Source: Planctomycetales bacterium
GTDB taxonomy: Bacteria; Omnitrophota; Gorgyraeia; Zapsychrales; Zapsychraceae
Assembly: GCA_005239675.1 (NCBI GenBank)
Contig: SBBO01000020.1
Location: 13,627 to 77,626, forward strand
Reading direction: 5' to 3'
DNA: 64,000 nt
A program made the position numbers and the translations under genes. The first letter of the stretch is position 1. Every line of letters starts with the position of its first letter. The notes below the pieces were generated by a model. That model did not search any database. It was not told the origin of the DNA and saw nothing but the letters and a program-made list of their open reading frames with translations. This document shows positions 27,609 to 36,565 of the stretch, one piece after another.

Positions 27609-29147
27609 TCATCTACACCAATTTTGCCTGTCTAGACTTCGGTATTGGATTGCCTCTGCAAGATGGTTGGTTTGGATTTTTGGCGATTTAGCCAAGTCGG
27701 CAATTGTTCGCGCGACTTTCAATATTTTATCGTAGGCGCGGGCAGAGAGACTGAGCTCATCAATGGCCATCCGAATCAGTTTTTTGCCTTCCCCATCGAG
27801 GGAACAATAATATTTGATCTGGCGATGGTTCATGTAGGCGTTGGCGCAAATGCCAGTATCTCTGAACCGTTCCTGTTGGATTTCTCTGGCCTGCACCGTT
27901 CGTTTTTTGATACAAGGGGATGACTCGGCCTGTGGATTACCTATCATTATCTCGGTTGAGGAAAGGGCTGGGACTTCCAGATGAAGGTCAATGCGGTCTA
28001 AGAGTGGTCCGGAGATTTTGGACAGGTATTTTCTAATCTGGTGTGTAGAGCATGTACAACGGTGCTGCGGGTCCGATAGAAAGCCGCAGCAGCATGGGTT
28101 CATAGAACAGGCCAGCAGGAACCGTGACGGAAACTGCAACGTTTTGTTAGCACGCGAGATAAGGACATGATGGTCTTCCAGTGGTTGGCGCATGGCCTCT
28201 AAGACCTCCCGGTTGAATTCGGGCAGTTCATCTAGGAAGAGGACACCATTGTGCGCCAAGGTGACCTCTCCTGGCTTGGGATATGTCCCACCACCAACGA
28301 TGGCTGGGGCAGAGGTTGTATGGTGTGGCGCGCGAAATGGCCGGGTTGCCATAAGACCGTTATTGGTCTTGAGGATACCAGCAATGGAATGGATCTTGGT
28401 TGCTTCTAATGCCTCTTGCTGTGTCATATCCGGTAATATCGCGGGGAGTCGCTTGGCCAGCATGCTTTTTCCGCTTCCTGGAGGCCCAATAAGAAGGACG
28501 TTATGACTTCCTGCGGCAGCAACCTCGAGCCCGCGCTTGACAAATACTTGCCCTTTGACATCGCTAAAATCAGCATCATAACAAGGCGGACTAGAAGATA
28601 GGGTGGTTTTATCTGCGATGATGGCAGGCAGTGCAGCGGGGTTGTTCAAGAAATAAACGACCTGGCAGAGGTTTTGGACAGGATAAACGGGGATGTGTCC
28701 CGTAATCGCAGCCTCTTTTGCGTTATTTTGGGGAACAATTAGCCCTGCATACTGGTCCGGCGGGATCGACAAGGCTATGGCCAAGACCCCCTTGATGGGC
28801 TTAATATCACCGTTAAGGGACAATTCCCCTAAAATTACGTATTGACTGAATCTATTCATGGGGATCTGTTCACTTGCCGCCAAGATGCCCAGGGCAATGG
28901 GGAGATCAAAAGACGGACCTTCTTTCTTGGTATCGGCAGGAGAGAGATTGATCGTGAGCCGTTTGGGACCGAATTTATAGCCGCTATTCTTGATGGCGGC
29001 ACGGACACGTTCCCGGCTTTCCCGGATGGCATTATCCGGAAGACCAACGATAATAGTGGCAGGAAGGCCCTGGGCCGCGTCAGCTTCGATCGTGACGGGA
29101 TATGCCTCTAGCCCGTTAATTCCCCAGCTGTGAACTTTGGCTAAGAT
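27609..29147 (-). CDS. comM: YifB/ComM-family Mg-chelatase-like AAA+ ATPase; apparent non-AUG (ATC) start
   Basis: Walker A GPPGSGKSM, an AAA+ core, and a C-terminal ChlI-like region. The conserved N-terminal Lon-like domain (ILAKVHSWGINGLEAYPVTIEADAAQGLPATIIVGLPDNAIRESRERVRAAIKNSGYKFGPKRLTINLSPADTKKEGPSFDLPIALGIL) is encoded in-frame upstream of the ORF-track start (a TTG at 28883). That frame runs back to an in-frame stop (rc of 29160-29162) with no ATG/GTG/TTG. It does hold an ATC (29145-29147) preceded by GAGGT at 6-nt spacing. Confidence 0.8.
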   Translation of the reverse strand: MLAKVHSWGINGLEAYPVTIEADAAQGLPATIIVGLPDNAIRESRERVRAAIKNSGYKFGPKRLTINLSPADTKKEGPSFDLPIALGILAASEQIPMNRFSQYVILGELSLNGDIKPIKGVLAIALSIPPDQYAGLIVPQNNAKEAAITGHIPVYPVQNLCQVVYFLNNPAALPAIIADKTTLSSSPPCYDADFSDVKGQVFVKRGLEVAAAGSHNVLLIGPPGSGKSMLAKRLPAILPDMTQQEALEATKIHSIAGILKTNNGLMATRPFRAPHHTTSAPAIVGGGTYPKPGEVTLAHNGVLFLDELPEFNREVLEAMRQPLEDHHVLISRANKTLQFPSRFLLACSMNPCCCGFLSDPQHRCTCSTHQIRKYLSKISGPLLDRIDLHLEVPALSSTEIMIGNPQAESSPCIKKRTVQAREIQQERFRDTGICANAYMNHRQIKYYCSLDGEGKKLIRMAIDELSLSARAYDKILKVARTIADLAKSPKIQTNHLAEAIQYRSLDRQNWCR

Positions 29148-29325
29148 ATTCGTACCTCGTTATATCTCGATACGATCTACGTGATATGTTATGTGTTAGG
29201 GTAAGGTGGTTGCAGGGAGGGGGAAAGACCTTGCTTTTTTGACCTTCACGATTATAATGTACCTTATCACAAAACCTTTGAAGCGTCAATGTCTTTATTT
29301 CTTAGGATTTATTTCTAAGGGAAAT

Positions 29326-29769
29326 ATGAATTCTGTCTTCCAAAACAAGGTATTATTCATTACTCTCTTGGTTTGGGCCTTAACGCAGGGCGTCAAGGTG
29401 GCCTTGGGGGTCATCCGGGAGAAGAGGTTTAATTTTAAGTGGTTTATTGGGACTGGTGGAATGCCCTCTAGCCATGCGGCTGGCGCAACCGCTTTAGCCA
29501 CAACGACCGGTCTGCACACTGGTTTTGATTCGATCTTCTTTGCCCTGGCGGTCATCTTTGCCTTGGTGACGATGTTTGATGCCCAGGGTGTGCGCCGTTC
29601 AGCCGGGCAACAGGCCGTCATCCTCAATCAAATGATGGATGAGATGTACTGGAAAAGGAAGTTCGAGACGGAACGCCTGATAGAGCTGATAGGGCATACC
29701 CCTTTACAGGTTATTGTGGGCGCTATTTTCGGTCTTGTCTTATCGTGTCTTCTGTATGAAAGCTTATAA
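29326..29769 (+). CDS. divergent PAP2 family membrane protein (DUF212 / YuiD-like)
   Basis: GTGGMPSSHAAGATALATT matches the divergent-PAP2 signature (GGMPSSHSA). The ATG at 29326 is preferred over the upstream ORF-track start. Confidence 0.6.
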   Translation: MNSVFQNKVLFITLLVWALTQGVKVALGVIREKRFNFKWFIGTGGMPSSHAAGATALATTTGLHTGFDSIFFALAVIFALVTMFDAQGVRRSAGQQAVILNQMMDEMYWKRKFETERLIELIGHTPLQVIVGAIFGLVLSCLLYESL

Positions 29770-29806
29770 TCATGTAGTTTAATCAACGCCAAGGAGATAG
29801 ATTTTT

Positions 29807-30661
29807 ATGAATAGGAATGCGGTGATCATGAATGTGGGTGTTGCCTTTTTAGTCGTTTTTTTACTGTGGTTGGTTTGGCCTAAGACCTCTCGTCTTTCTT
29901 CGGTATCCTCATTACAGCAGCAAGCTGTTGCATCCTCATTGCCGGAGCAAGCTGGTACTGGTTCGGTCCAGGCGCTTTATGAGGAGGCCAGCCTTGCTTT
30001 TAAAAACGGAGATATGGTGAAGGCCAGGGAGGACTACCGGAAGATCACCACTCAATACGCTAGTTTCAGCAAGATTGAGGAGGTCGAAAGTCAGCTCGCG
30101 GATGTCAACATGAGGATTGTCTTTTCCGCCACACCGGTCGCTGAATCGACCATGCACGAAGTCCAGTCTGGCGACACCTTGGGGAAGCTGGCCACTCAAT
30201 ACGGTACGACTGTTGACCTCATCAAGATCAGCAATAATCTTAAGAGTGATGTTATCCGTGTGGGGCAGAAACTACGTATCTGGAATGGAAAATTTAGTGT
30301 CTTTGTGGACAAGTCACAAAACATCCTTTTTCTTAAAAACGGCGATGAGATTTTAAAGGTTTATAAAGTCTCTACCGGAGAACATAACAGCACACCCACC
30401 GGGAAGTTCAAGATTGTTTCGAAATTAACTGATCCTGTGTGGTTCAATCGCGGGGTTGTTGTCCCACCGGAGAGTCCGCAGAATGTTTTAGGAACCCGTT
30501 GGATGGGATTTGATCTGCCCGGTTATGGCATCCATGGGACAATCGAGCCAATGACGATCGGTCAGCAGGTGACGGCGGGGTGTGTACGCATGCTTAACCA
30601 AGATGTGGAGGAGATCTATAGCCTGCTTCCCATGGGGACGGAAGTCGTTATTGTCGATTAG
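29807..30661 (+). CDS. LysM-domain L,D-transpeptidase (YkuD fold), membrane-anchored
   Basis: An N-terminal TM helix, a LysM domain (HEVQSGDTLGKLATQYGTTVDLIKISNNL...VGQKLRIW), and a YkuD catalytic motif (GIHGT...TAGCVRM). Confidence 0.8.
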   Translation: MNRNAVIMNVGVAFLVVFLLWLVWPKTSRLSSVSSLQQQAVASSLPEQAGTGSVQALYEEASLAFKNGDMVKAREDYRKITTQYASFSKIEEVESQLADVNMRIVFSATPVAESTMHEVQSGDTLGKLATQYGTTVDLIKISNNLKSDVIRVGQKLRIWNGKFSVFVDKSQNILFLKNGDEILKVYKVSTGEHNSTPTGKFKIVSKLTDPVWFNRGVVVPPESPQNVLGTRWMGFDLPGYGIHGTIEPMTIGQQVTAGCVRMLNQDVEEIYSLLPMGTEVVIVD

Positions 30662-30810
30662 GTGAGGGATTTTATAAGCAAAAAATAAGAGGCAAGAAGC
30701 AAAGAAAAGATTAAGAAGATTATTCAACGGTGTTTGTATAAATAATTTTTCTTCTTGTCTTTGTTTCTTGTCTTTTTATCTTTATTCGCCATAAACAGAG
30801 ACAGGATTAT

Positions 30811-31764
30811 ATGCTCGAATTCGAAAAACCTATTTTTGAGCTAGGATTGAAGATCAAAGAGCTCGGGGTCTTTAGTGCCAGTAAAAAGATCGCTCTCGAG
30901 CCAGAACTCAAGAAATTGGCCGCTAAACTCGAGCAAATGAAGATCGAGATTTATAGTAATTTGACGCCCTGGCAGCGGATTCAGGTTGCCCGTCATCCCC
31001 AACGGCCTTTTACCATGGACTATGTGCGCATGATGACTAGTGATTTTATTGAATTGCATGGAGACCGGCAGTTCGCTGATGATCTGGCCATGGTCGCTGG
31101 TTTTGCGCAAATCGACGCAATGAAGGTCATGCTGATCGGGCACCAAAAAGGCCGCGATACCAAAGAAAATGTCCTGCGTAATTTTGGTTGTGCCCATCCA
31201 GAAGGGTATCGCAAGGCCATGCGCCTTATGAAGACCGCTGAGAAATTTGGCTTACCCATCGTTACCTTTATTGATACACCTGGCGCCTATCCTGGGATTG
31301 GTGCTGAGGAAAGGGGTCAGGCCCAGGCGATCGCGGAGAACCTACGAGACATGATTCATCTGAAAACGCCTATCATTGCGGCCATCATTGGTGAGGGTGG
31401 AAGCGGAGGGGCCCTGGGGATAGGGATCGCTGACAGGGTGTGTATTTTGCAGCATGCTTATTATTCTGTCATCTCACCTGAGGGATGCGCCTCGATTCTC
31501 TGGCGTAACGCGATCAAGGCCCCCCTAGCGGCTGAGGCGCTTAAGATTACGGCGGAAGACCTGCATAAAATCGGCGTTGTTGATAAAGTTATCGCTGAGC
31601 CCATGGGTGGTGCCCACCATGATCCCATTAAGACAGCATCTGATCTTAAAGAAATACTTCTCAAATATATCCAAGAATTGACCAGACTCTCCACTGAAGA
31701 CCTTCTAGAGCAGCGCTACGGCAAGTTTCGCAAGATGGGCATATTTCTCGAGACTCCAACCTAA
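30811..31764 (+). CDS. accA: acetyl-CoA carboxylase carboxyltransferase alpha subunit
   Basis: 317 aa (FIDTPGAYPG...IIGEGGSGGALG). Confidence 0.9.
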   Translation: MLEFEKPIFELGLKIKELGVFSASKKIALEPELKKLAAKLEQMKIEIYSNLTPWQRIQVARHPQRPFTMDYVRMMTSDFIELHGDRQFADDLAMVAGFAQIDAMKVMLIGHQKGRDTKENVLRNFGCAHPEGYRKAMRLMKTAEKFGLPIVTFIDTPGAYPGIGAEERGQAQAIAENLRDMIHLKTPIIAAIIGEGGSGGALGIGIADRVCILQHAYYSVISPEGCASILWRNAIKAPLAAEALKITAEDLHKIGVVDKVIAEPMGGAHHDPIKTASDLKEILLKYIQELTRLSTEDLLEQRYGKFRKMGIFLETPT

Positions 31765-31769
31765 GCCCC

Positions 31770-32825
31770 TTGACCGGACTAATCGTGACTACCAAATTCG
31801 ATATCCGCAACCTGTCGTTTGATGAGTTGAGAAATTATTGCACTTCCATTAAAGAGAAGCCTTTTCGAGCCAAGCAGATTTTTGAGTGGATTTATCAAGA
31901 GGGTGCCTGGTCGTTTGACGAAATGACGAATCTCTCTCAAGAATTGCGGGATAAACTCAAGGAGAATTTTAACCTTTCACGGCTACCGATCGTACAAAAA
32001 CAGGTTTCCCAAGACGGAACGACAAAGTTTTTGTTTGATTTAGAAGACCACGAGAAGATCGAAACGGTATTAATCCCAACAGCGACAAGGACGACTGTCT
32101 GTGTCTCCAGTCAGGCAGGATGTAAATTTGGATGCCGTTTTTGTGCCAGTGGAATTGGCGGATGGAAACGAAATTTAACGGTCGCGGAAATTTTGACTGA
32201 AATTCTTCATGTAAAAGAAGAAGCCAAACAGCATCCGAATGCATTGTCACACATAGTTTTTATGGGCACTGGAGAAAATCTTGATTCCTATGAAAACGTA
32301 ATGAAAGCGATTCGAATTATCAATTCGAAAGAAGGTTTAAATATTGGCGCTCGGCGGATAACAATTTCGACCGTTGGCATTGTTCCTAAAATCAAACAGC
32401 TCGCGACAGAAAAAATCCAGTTTGAACTTGCCATTTCGCTTCATGGTTATGATAACGAATCAAGGAATGCCTTGATGCCCGTCAATAAGAAGTATCCTTT
32501 TGACGAACTCATGCAAGCCTGCCGGGAATACATAAAAGAAACAAAACGGCAGATCACATTTGAATATATTTTAATCAAAGATGTTACTTGTTCGGATAAG
32601 GCCGCTAAATCTTTAAGAAAAGCTTTTAAAGGTATGATTTGCAAGATGAATCTTATTCCATACAATCCTGTGTCGGAATTTGAGCACAAAACTCCATCGA
32701 GAGAGGAGATGTTTGCTTTTAGAGATCGTTTAGAAGAGTTTGGTATTCATGCTACGATTCGCACGCCTCGCGGACGAGATGTCGGCGCGGCTTGTGGACA
32801 GTTGCGACATGCGCATAAAAATTGA
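31770..32825 (+). CDS. rlmN: 23S rRNA/tRNA adenine C2-methyltransferase RlmN (radical SAM)
   Basis: CKFGCRFCASG radical-SAM motif, and the RlmN C-terminal Cys. The start is uncertain (TTG 31770 or GTG 31785). Confidence 0.85.
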   Translation: MTGLIVTTKFDIRNLSFDELRNYCTSIKEKPFRAKQIFEWIYQEGAWSFDEMTNLSQELRDKLKENFNLSRLPIVQKQVSQDGTTKFLFDLEDHEKIETVLIPTATRTTVCVSSQAGCKFGCRFCASGIGGWKRNLTVAEILTEILHVKEEAKQHPNALSHIVFMGTGENLDSYENVMKAIRIINSKEGLNIGARRITISTVGIVPKIKQLATEKIQFELAISLHGYDNESRNALMPVNKKYPFDELMQACREYIKETKRQITFEYILIKDVTCSDKAAKSLRKAFKGMICKMNLIPYNPVSEFEHKTPSREEMFAFRDRLEEFGIHATIRTPRGRDVGAACGQLRHAHKN

Positions 32826-32998
32826 TCATGGGGGCAGTAAAAAATGTTTCAATGTATAACTCGTTGAGCACTGATTGTTGCGGCTAAAAAACCTTTTATG
32901 GAAGAGTAAAATTCATCCAGGATCGTTTGATTGAGCCTCTCGGTGTAAAGACAATTTTTCAAAATATAGGAATAAAAATATTTTTTAACAAAGTACAG

Positions 32999-33511
32999 TT
33001 AGTTGCCTGTGTCAGGTAATTTTCGACTGATTTTTTCTACTAGAGATCGGAGCTTAGAATTCTGCAGAATTGATTGGGTCTTTTTGTCTTGCTGGATTTT
33101 ATTGGGATCATAACTCATGATCGTACTCATGAATTCGGGGTCGGAGAGGGCGGCACGGATTTCTGGGTCGTCCATGAGGGCCTCTATCTCCATCATGACC
33201 TGTGGGTCAGACATGAGAGTACCTTGAAGCGCCTGGACCTGATCTTTAATAGATCCTGCGCCTGATGTCTCTTGCGGTGTTGCTGCTGATTGCGTTCCCA
33301 CCCCAATACCTAGAACCTCAGATTCAGCAACATCAATCTTCCCTAGATTGTCTGTTGTTATCGTATAAATACCGTCTCTTAGCTGCGTAACCTTGCCTTT
33401 AATGACCGATCCGTCCCTGAGGGTGATTGTCTTGACCGATTGGGCCCAGGAGAGACACGGCACGCCTAAGACCAGGATTGCTAGGATTATTTTTAAGTAG
33501 TTTCTGTTCAT
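32999..33511 (-). CDS. secreted hypothetical protein with a C-terminal STI1/DP-repeat-like region
   Basis: Signal peptide MNRNYLKIILAILVLGVPCLSWA. The C-terminus has repeated DPxx(M/I) motifs (DPQVMMEIEALMDDPEIRAALSDPEFMSTIMSYDPNKI) like STI1/Hop DP domains. Confidence 0.5.
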   Translation of the reverse strand: MNRNYLKIILAILVLGVPCLSWAQSVKTITLRDGSVIKGKVTQLRDGIYTITTDNLGKIDVAESEVLGIGVGTQSAATPQETSGAGSIKDQVQALQGTLMSDPQVMMEIEALMDDPEIRAALSDPEFMSTIMSYDPNKIQQDKKTQSILQNSKLRSLVEKISRKLPDTGN

Positions 33512-33678
33512 GATATCTCCTTTGCGCCTCGCGTGATCGCTTAGAACTGTCTTCGTTAAAGCCCGTTTTGTCTTATCTTAGCGCCCTTCATGTATCCTGC
33601 CAAGACTTTTTCTAATTTGTCATTTATCAATTAAAAGTGAACCGTCTTTGCAGGCTTATCTTCTAAGAATCGAAATTA

Positions 33679-33761
33679 TGCCGAAGGTGGGAGTTGAACC
33701 CACACCGGGTTGCCCCGACTGGTTTTTGAGACCAGCGCGTATGCCATTTCGCCACTTCGGC
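33679..33761 (-). tRNA. tRNA-Leu (anticodon CAA), type II with a long variable arm; no genome-encoded CCA
   Basis: The rc reads GCCGAAGTGGCGAAATGGCATACGCGCTGGTCTCAAAAACCAGTCGGGGCAACCCGGTGTGGGTTCAACTCCCACCTTCGGCA. The 7-bp acceptor GCCGAAG/CTTCGGC, the anticodon loop CUCAAAA, and the T-arm GTGGG-TTCAACT-CCCAC are all present. Discriminator A, then TAA rather than CCA. Confidence 0.85.
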
Positions 33762-33775
33762 GTTTGCGTATCCTA

Positions 33776-34162
33776 CTACTGATATTTTTCTTTGATATCA
33801 TGTTTATTAAAATACGCGATAACCAGACCATGATAAATGACGGACAAGATATTTTTTGTTGGCCCCGGGATCACGGTCTCCAAGGCGCCATTTAAATGGA
33901 TAACGTCCATAAAGATCAGAAGCTTGCTTAAGATGATGACCGAGGAAAAATACATCAAAAGCTGGTATGCTAGTTTTTTGAAGTTCAGGATACCGATACC
34001 GATCAATATCGATACGATCCCGGCAACGATGACAAAGGTGAACACCTTGGGGGATTTGTCGTTGATGGCCAACATCTTGGCAGCCAGGTTCGATGTGACT
34101 GTTATTCCCCCAATTATGATCTCCATGATGCCGATGACAAGGACTGTTGGAGGATATTTCAT
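33776..34162 (-). CDS. hypothetical small integral membrane protein (3-4 TM) between two tRNA genes
   Basis: 128 aa with clear TM helices (VLVIGIMEIIIGGITV; FTFVIVAGIVSILIGIGILNF; VIILSKLLIFMDVI). It sits on the same strand as both flanking tRNAs. The overlapping + strand ORF is less protein-like. Confidence 0.45.
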   Translation of the reverse strand: MKYPPTVLVIGIMEIIIGGITVTSNLAAKMLAINDKSPKVFTFVIVAGIVSILIGIGILNFKKLAYQLLMYFSSVIILSKLLIFMDVIHLNGALETVIPGPTKNILSVIYHGLVIAYFNKHDIKEKYQ

Positions 34163-34220
34163 GGTGCGTTGGGTAAGGATAGATTCGATTCAGTGCCGCT
34201 GTTAGACAGCTAATCGTTTT

Positions 34221-34296
<76 letters not shown>

Positions 34297-34412
34297 ATCA
34301 TGCCTTTAAATTGTCCTTCAATATAGCATTCGTCTTTCGTATTGTCAATCCACGCGACCTACGCGACTTACGGCCATGATGGTGGGTTCCATTACTTTAG
34401 GCCTTGATACAC

Positions 34413-34465
34413 TGTAAACTATTATTCTAATACAAGTTGACAATTAAATCTCAGCACGATAAAAT
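34413..34465 (+). promoter_or_regulatory. sigma70-like promoter (TTGACA-17-TAAAAT) overlapped by an imperfect BirA-box-like inverted repeat
   Basis: The -35 TTGACA is at 34437-34442 and the -10 TAAAAT at 34460-34465, leaving 7 nt before the ATG at 34473. Half-sites TGTAAAC (34413-34419) and GTTGACA (34436-34442) are separated by 16 nt, resembling the TGTAAAC bio operator half-site. Confidence 0.4.
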
Positions 34466-34472
34466 TCGCATA

Positions 34473-35612
34473 ATGGATAAAATTTATTTTGATTATGCAT
34501 CGACGACGCCCGCGGACCCTTGTGTGGTGGCGGCTATGGGGCCGTATTTGGATGGCCAGTTCGGCAATCCAGCGAGCCCCCATGCCTTTGGTAGGGAGGC
34601 CCTCAAGGCGATCGAAGACGCGCGTGAAACGGTGGCGCGCTCCATCGGCGCCCACCCGGAGGAGATTATTTTTAATTCCGGAGCGACTGAAGGCAATAAT
34701 CACGCGCTGTTAGGCGCTGTCCGTAGCCTGCGAGACAAGGGCCGGCATATCATCATCTCAGCGGTCGAGCACCCCTCCATCGAACGGCCGGCTGCTTATT
34801 TGGAGAGCGAAGGGTGCCCAGTTACGTATCTTGCAGTCAATCGAGAAGGGTTGGTTGACCCGCAACAGATCAAGGAGGCCCTGACCGATGAGACCATTCT
34901 GGTTGCTGTCATGCACGCTAATAATGAGATTGGCACGATCGAGCCAGTTGAGGAGATCGGTAAGATTATGCGCGCCCGAGGGATTTTATTTTTGGTCGAT
35001 GCCGTTCAAACTGCGGGGCATGTCCCGGTTGATGTCGAGCGCTTGGGTGCGGACTTTCTGACTATGTCGGCGCATAAATTTTACGGCCCTAAAGGGGTTG
35101 GGGCCTTGTATGTTCGCCGCAAGACAAAGATCAGTCCATTTTTGATGGGCGGCGATCAGGAAAGGGGCCGACGCGCCTCTACGCAAAACCCGGCCGGGAT
35201 CGTTGGTCTGGCCAAGGCCCTCACGGTGTGCCTGGAAAACATGCCGCAGGAGATGGCAACTCAGATAAGATTGCGAGACCAATTGTTGACCGAAATCCCG
35301 CGGCGTATTCAAGATGTCGTTGTCAATGGCCATAGCACGGCGCGTCTGCCGAACAACAGTCATTTTTCATTTGAGGGCCTTTCCGGAGAGTCTCTTCTGA
35401 TGAGTTTAGATATGGCTGGTATCTGTGCCTCCATGGGTTCGGCCTGCAAGGCCGGGTCGATGGTGCCATCGAGAATTTTATCGGCCATTGGTTTATCTGA
35501 TGAATTGGCGCACGGGGCATTGCGTCTTACGATCGGCCGTTGGACAACGCAGGCCCATATCGATTATCTTTTAGAACAACTACCGGTTGCTGTCAGGAAT
35601 CTTAGGGTATGA
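34473..35612 (+). CDS. cysteine desulfurase (NifS/IscS-like class-V PLP enzyme)
   Basis: MDKIYFDYASTTP...SAHKFYGPKGVGALYV (PLP Lys)...GSACKAG. The start at 34473 fits the NifS N-terminus. The ORF-track TTG at 34437 would sit inside the -35 element. Confidence 0.8.
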   Translation: MDKIYFDYASTTPADPCVVAAMGPYLDGQFGNPASPHAFGREALKAIEDARETVARSIGAHPEEIIFNSGATEGNNHALLGAVRSLRDKGRHIIISAVEHPSIERPAAYLESEGCPVTYLAVNREGLVDPQQIKEALTDETILVAVMHANNEIGTIEPVEEIGKIMRARGILFLVDAVQTAGHVPVDVERLGADFLTMSAHKFYGPKGVGALYVRRKTKISPFLMGGDQERGRRASTQNPAGIVGLAKALTVCLENMPQEMATQIRLRDQLLTEIPRRIQDVVVNGHSTARLPNNSHFSFEGLSGESLLMSLDMAGICASMGSACKAGSMVPSRILSAIGLSDELAHGALRLTIGRWTTQAHIDYLLEQLPVAVRNLRV

Positions 35613-36565
35613 AGGAAAAGATTATTTATTTTTTGAAAGAGGCCAGGGAAGGCTATGTCTCTGGCGAAGAAATCAGTCGCCGCTACGCCGTAAGCCGGGC
35701 TGCCATTTGGAAATACATTCAGGAGTTGCGCGGGGATGGATTTGATATTATAGCTGTACCGCACCTAGGGTATAAACTGGTCGCCTCACCGGACAAATTG
35801 CTTCCAACGGAGATTCAATACGGCCTTAAGACACAATATCTGGGTAAAAAGATTATTTACGAAAATATGGTCAACTCAACGATGGATGTCGCTTTTCGTC
35901 TGGGGATGGAGGGGGCGGTGCAAGGTACGCTCGTCTGTGCTGAAGGGCAGACCAATGGCAAGGGGCGCCTGGGTCGTACTTGGAGTTCTCCTAAATGGAA
36001 AGGCGTTTATATGTCGATAGTGCTTAGGCCCTCGCTCGCGCTAACCCAGGTAACGCAATTGACTTTACTGGCGGCCGTTGCTGTGTGCGAGGCCATCCAG
36101 CGGGTGTCGGGCGTTGCGGCGCGTATCAAATGGCCTAATGATATTCTTGTTATGAACCGCAAGTTGGCCGGGATATTGACTGAATTGAGCGCTGAGACTG
36201 ACCAGGTGCGTTTTGTTGTCATCGGTATCGGTATCAATGTCAATACGCCGTTACGCCTTTTGCCGCTGACCGCGACTTCGCTCAAAGAAGAGACCCAGCG
36301 AAAGATATCCCGGGTGGAATTAGTTCAGGAAATCCTGTGCCTTTTGGAGCAATGGTACGAGCGTCTCCAAAAAGAGGGTTTTGATGGTGTGGTCCAGCGC
36401 TGGAAAGAACTCTCTTCAACGCTGGGTCGGCGCATTCGGGTGGTGGATCCCAGCGGTGATGTGGAAGGGGAGGCCATTGATTTGGACGGGATGGGTGGTC
36501 TTTTGATCCGTAACGACACAGGGCTCGTTATTAGTAAAACTGCCGGAGATGTTATTGATGAATAA
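35609..36565 (+). CDS. birA: bifunctional biotin-protein ligase / biotin operon repressor BirA (N-terminal HTH)
   Basis: An N-terminal winged HTH (VSGEEISRRYAVSRAAIWKYIQELR), a BPL catalytic domain (GRLGRTW...KWPNDIL), and a C-terminal SH3-like domain. Confidence 0.85.
   Translation: MKEKIIYFLKEAREGYVSGEEISRRYAVSRAAIWKYIQELRGDGFDIIAVPHLGYKLVASPDKLLPTEIQYGLKTQYLGKKIIYENMVNSTMDVAFRLGMEGAVQGTLVCAEGQTNGKGRLGRTWSSPKWKGVYMSIVLRPSLALTQVTQLTLLAAVAVCEAIQRVSGVAARIKWPNDILVMNRKLAGILTELSAETDQVRFVVIGIGINVNTPLRLLPLTATSLKEETQRKISRVELVQEILCLLEQWYERLQKEGFDGVVQRWKELSSTLGRRIRVVDPSGDVEGEAIDLDGMGGLLIRNDTGLVISKTAGDVIDE

Noticed and set aside
28192-28506. + strand ORFs antisense to comM (and similar antisense ORFs inside gltB, purL, murF and others in the ORF track)
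   Set aside because: They lie wholly inside well-supported genes on the opposite strand and have low-complexity, Arg/Ser-rich compositions typical of antisense frames.
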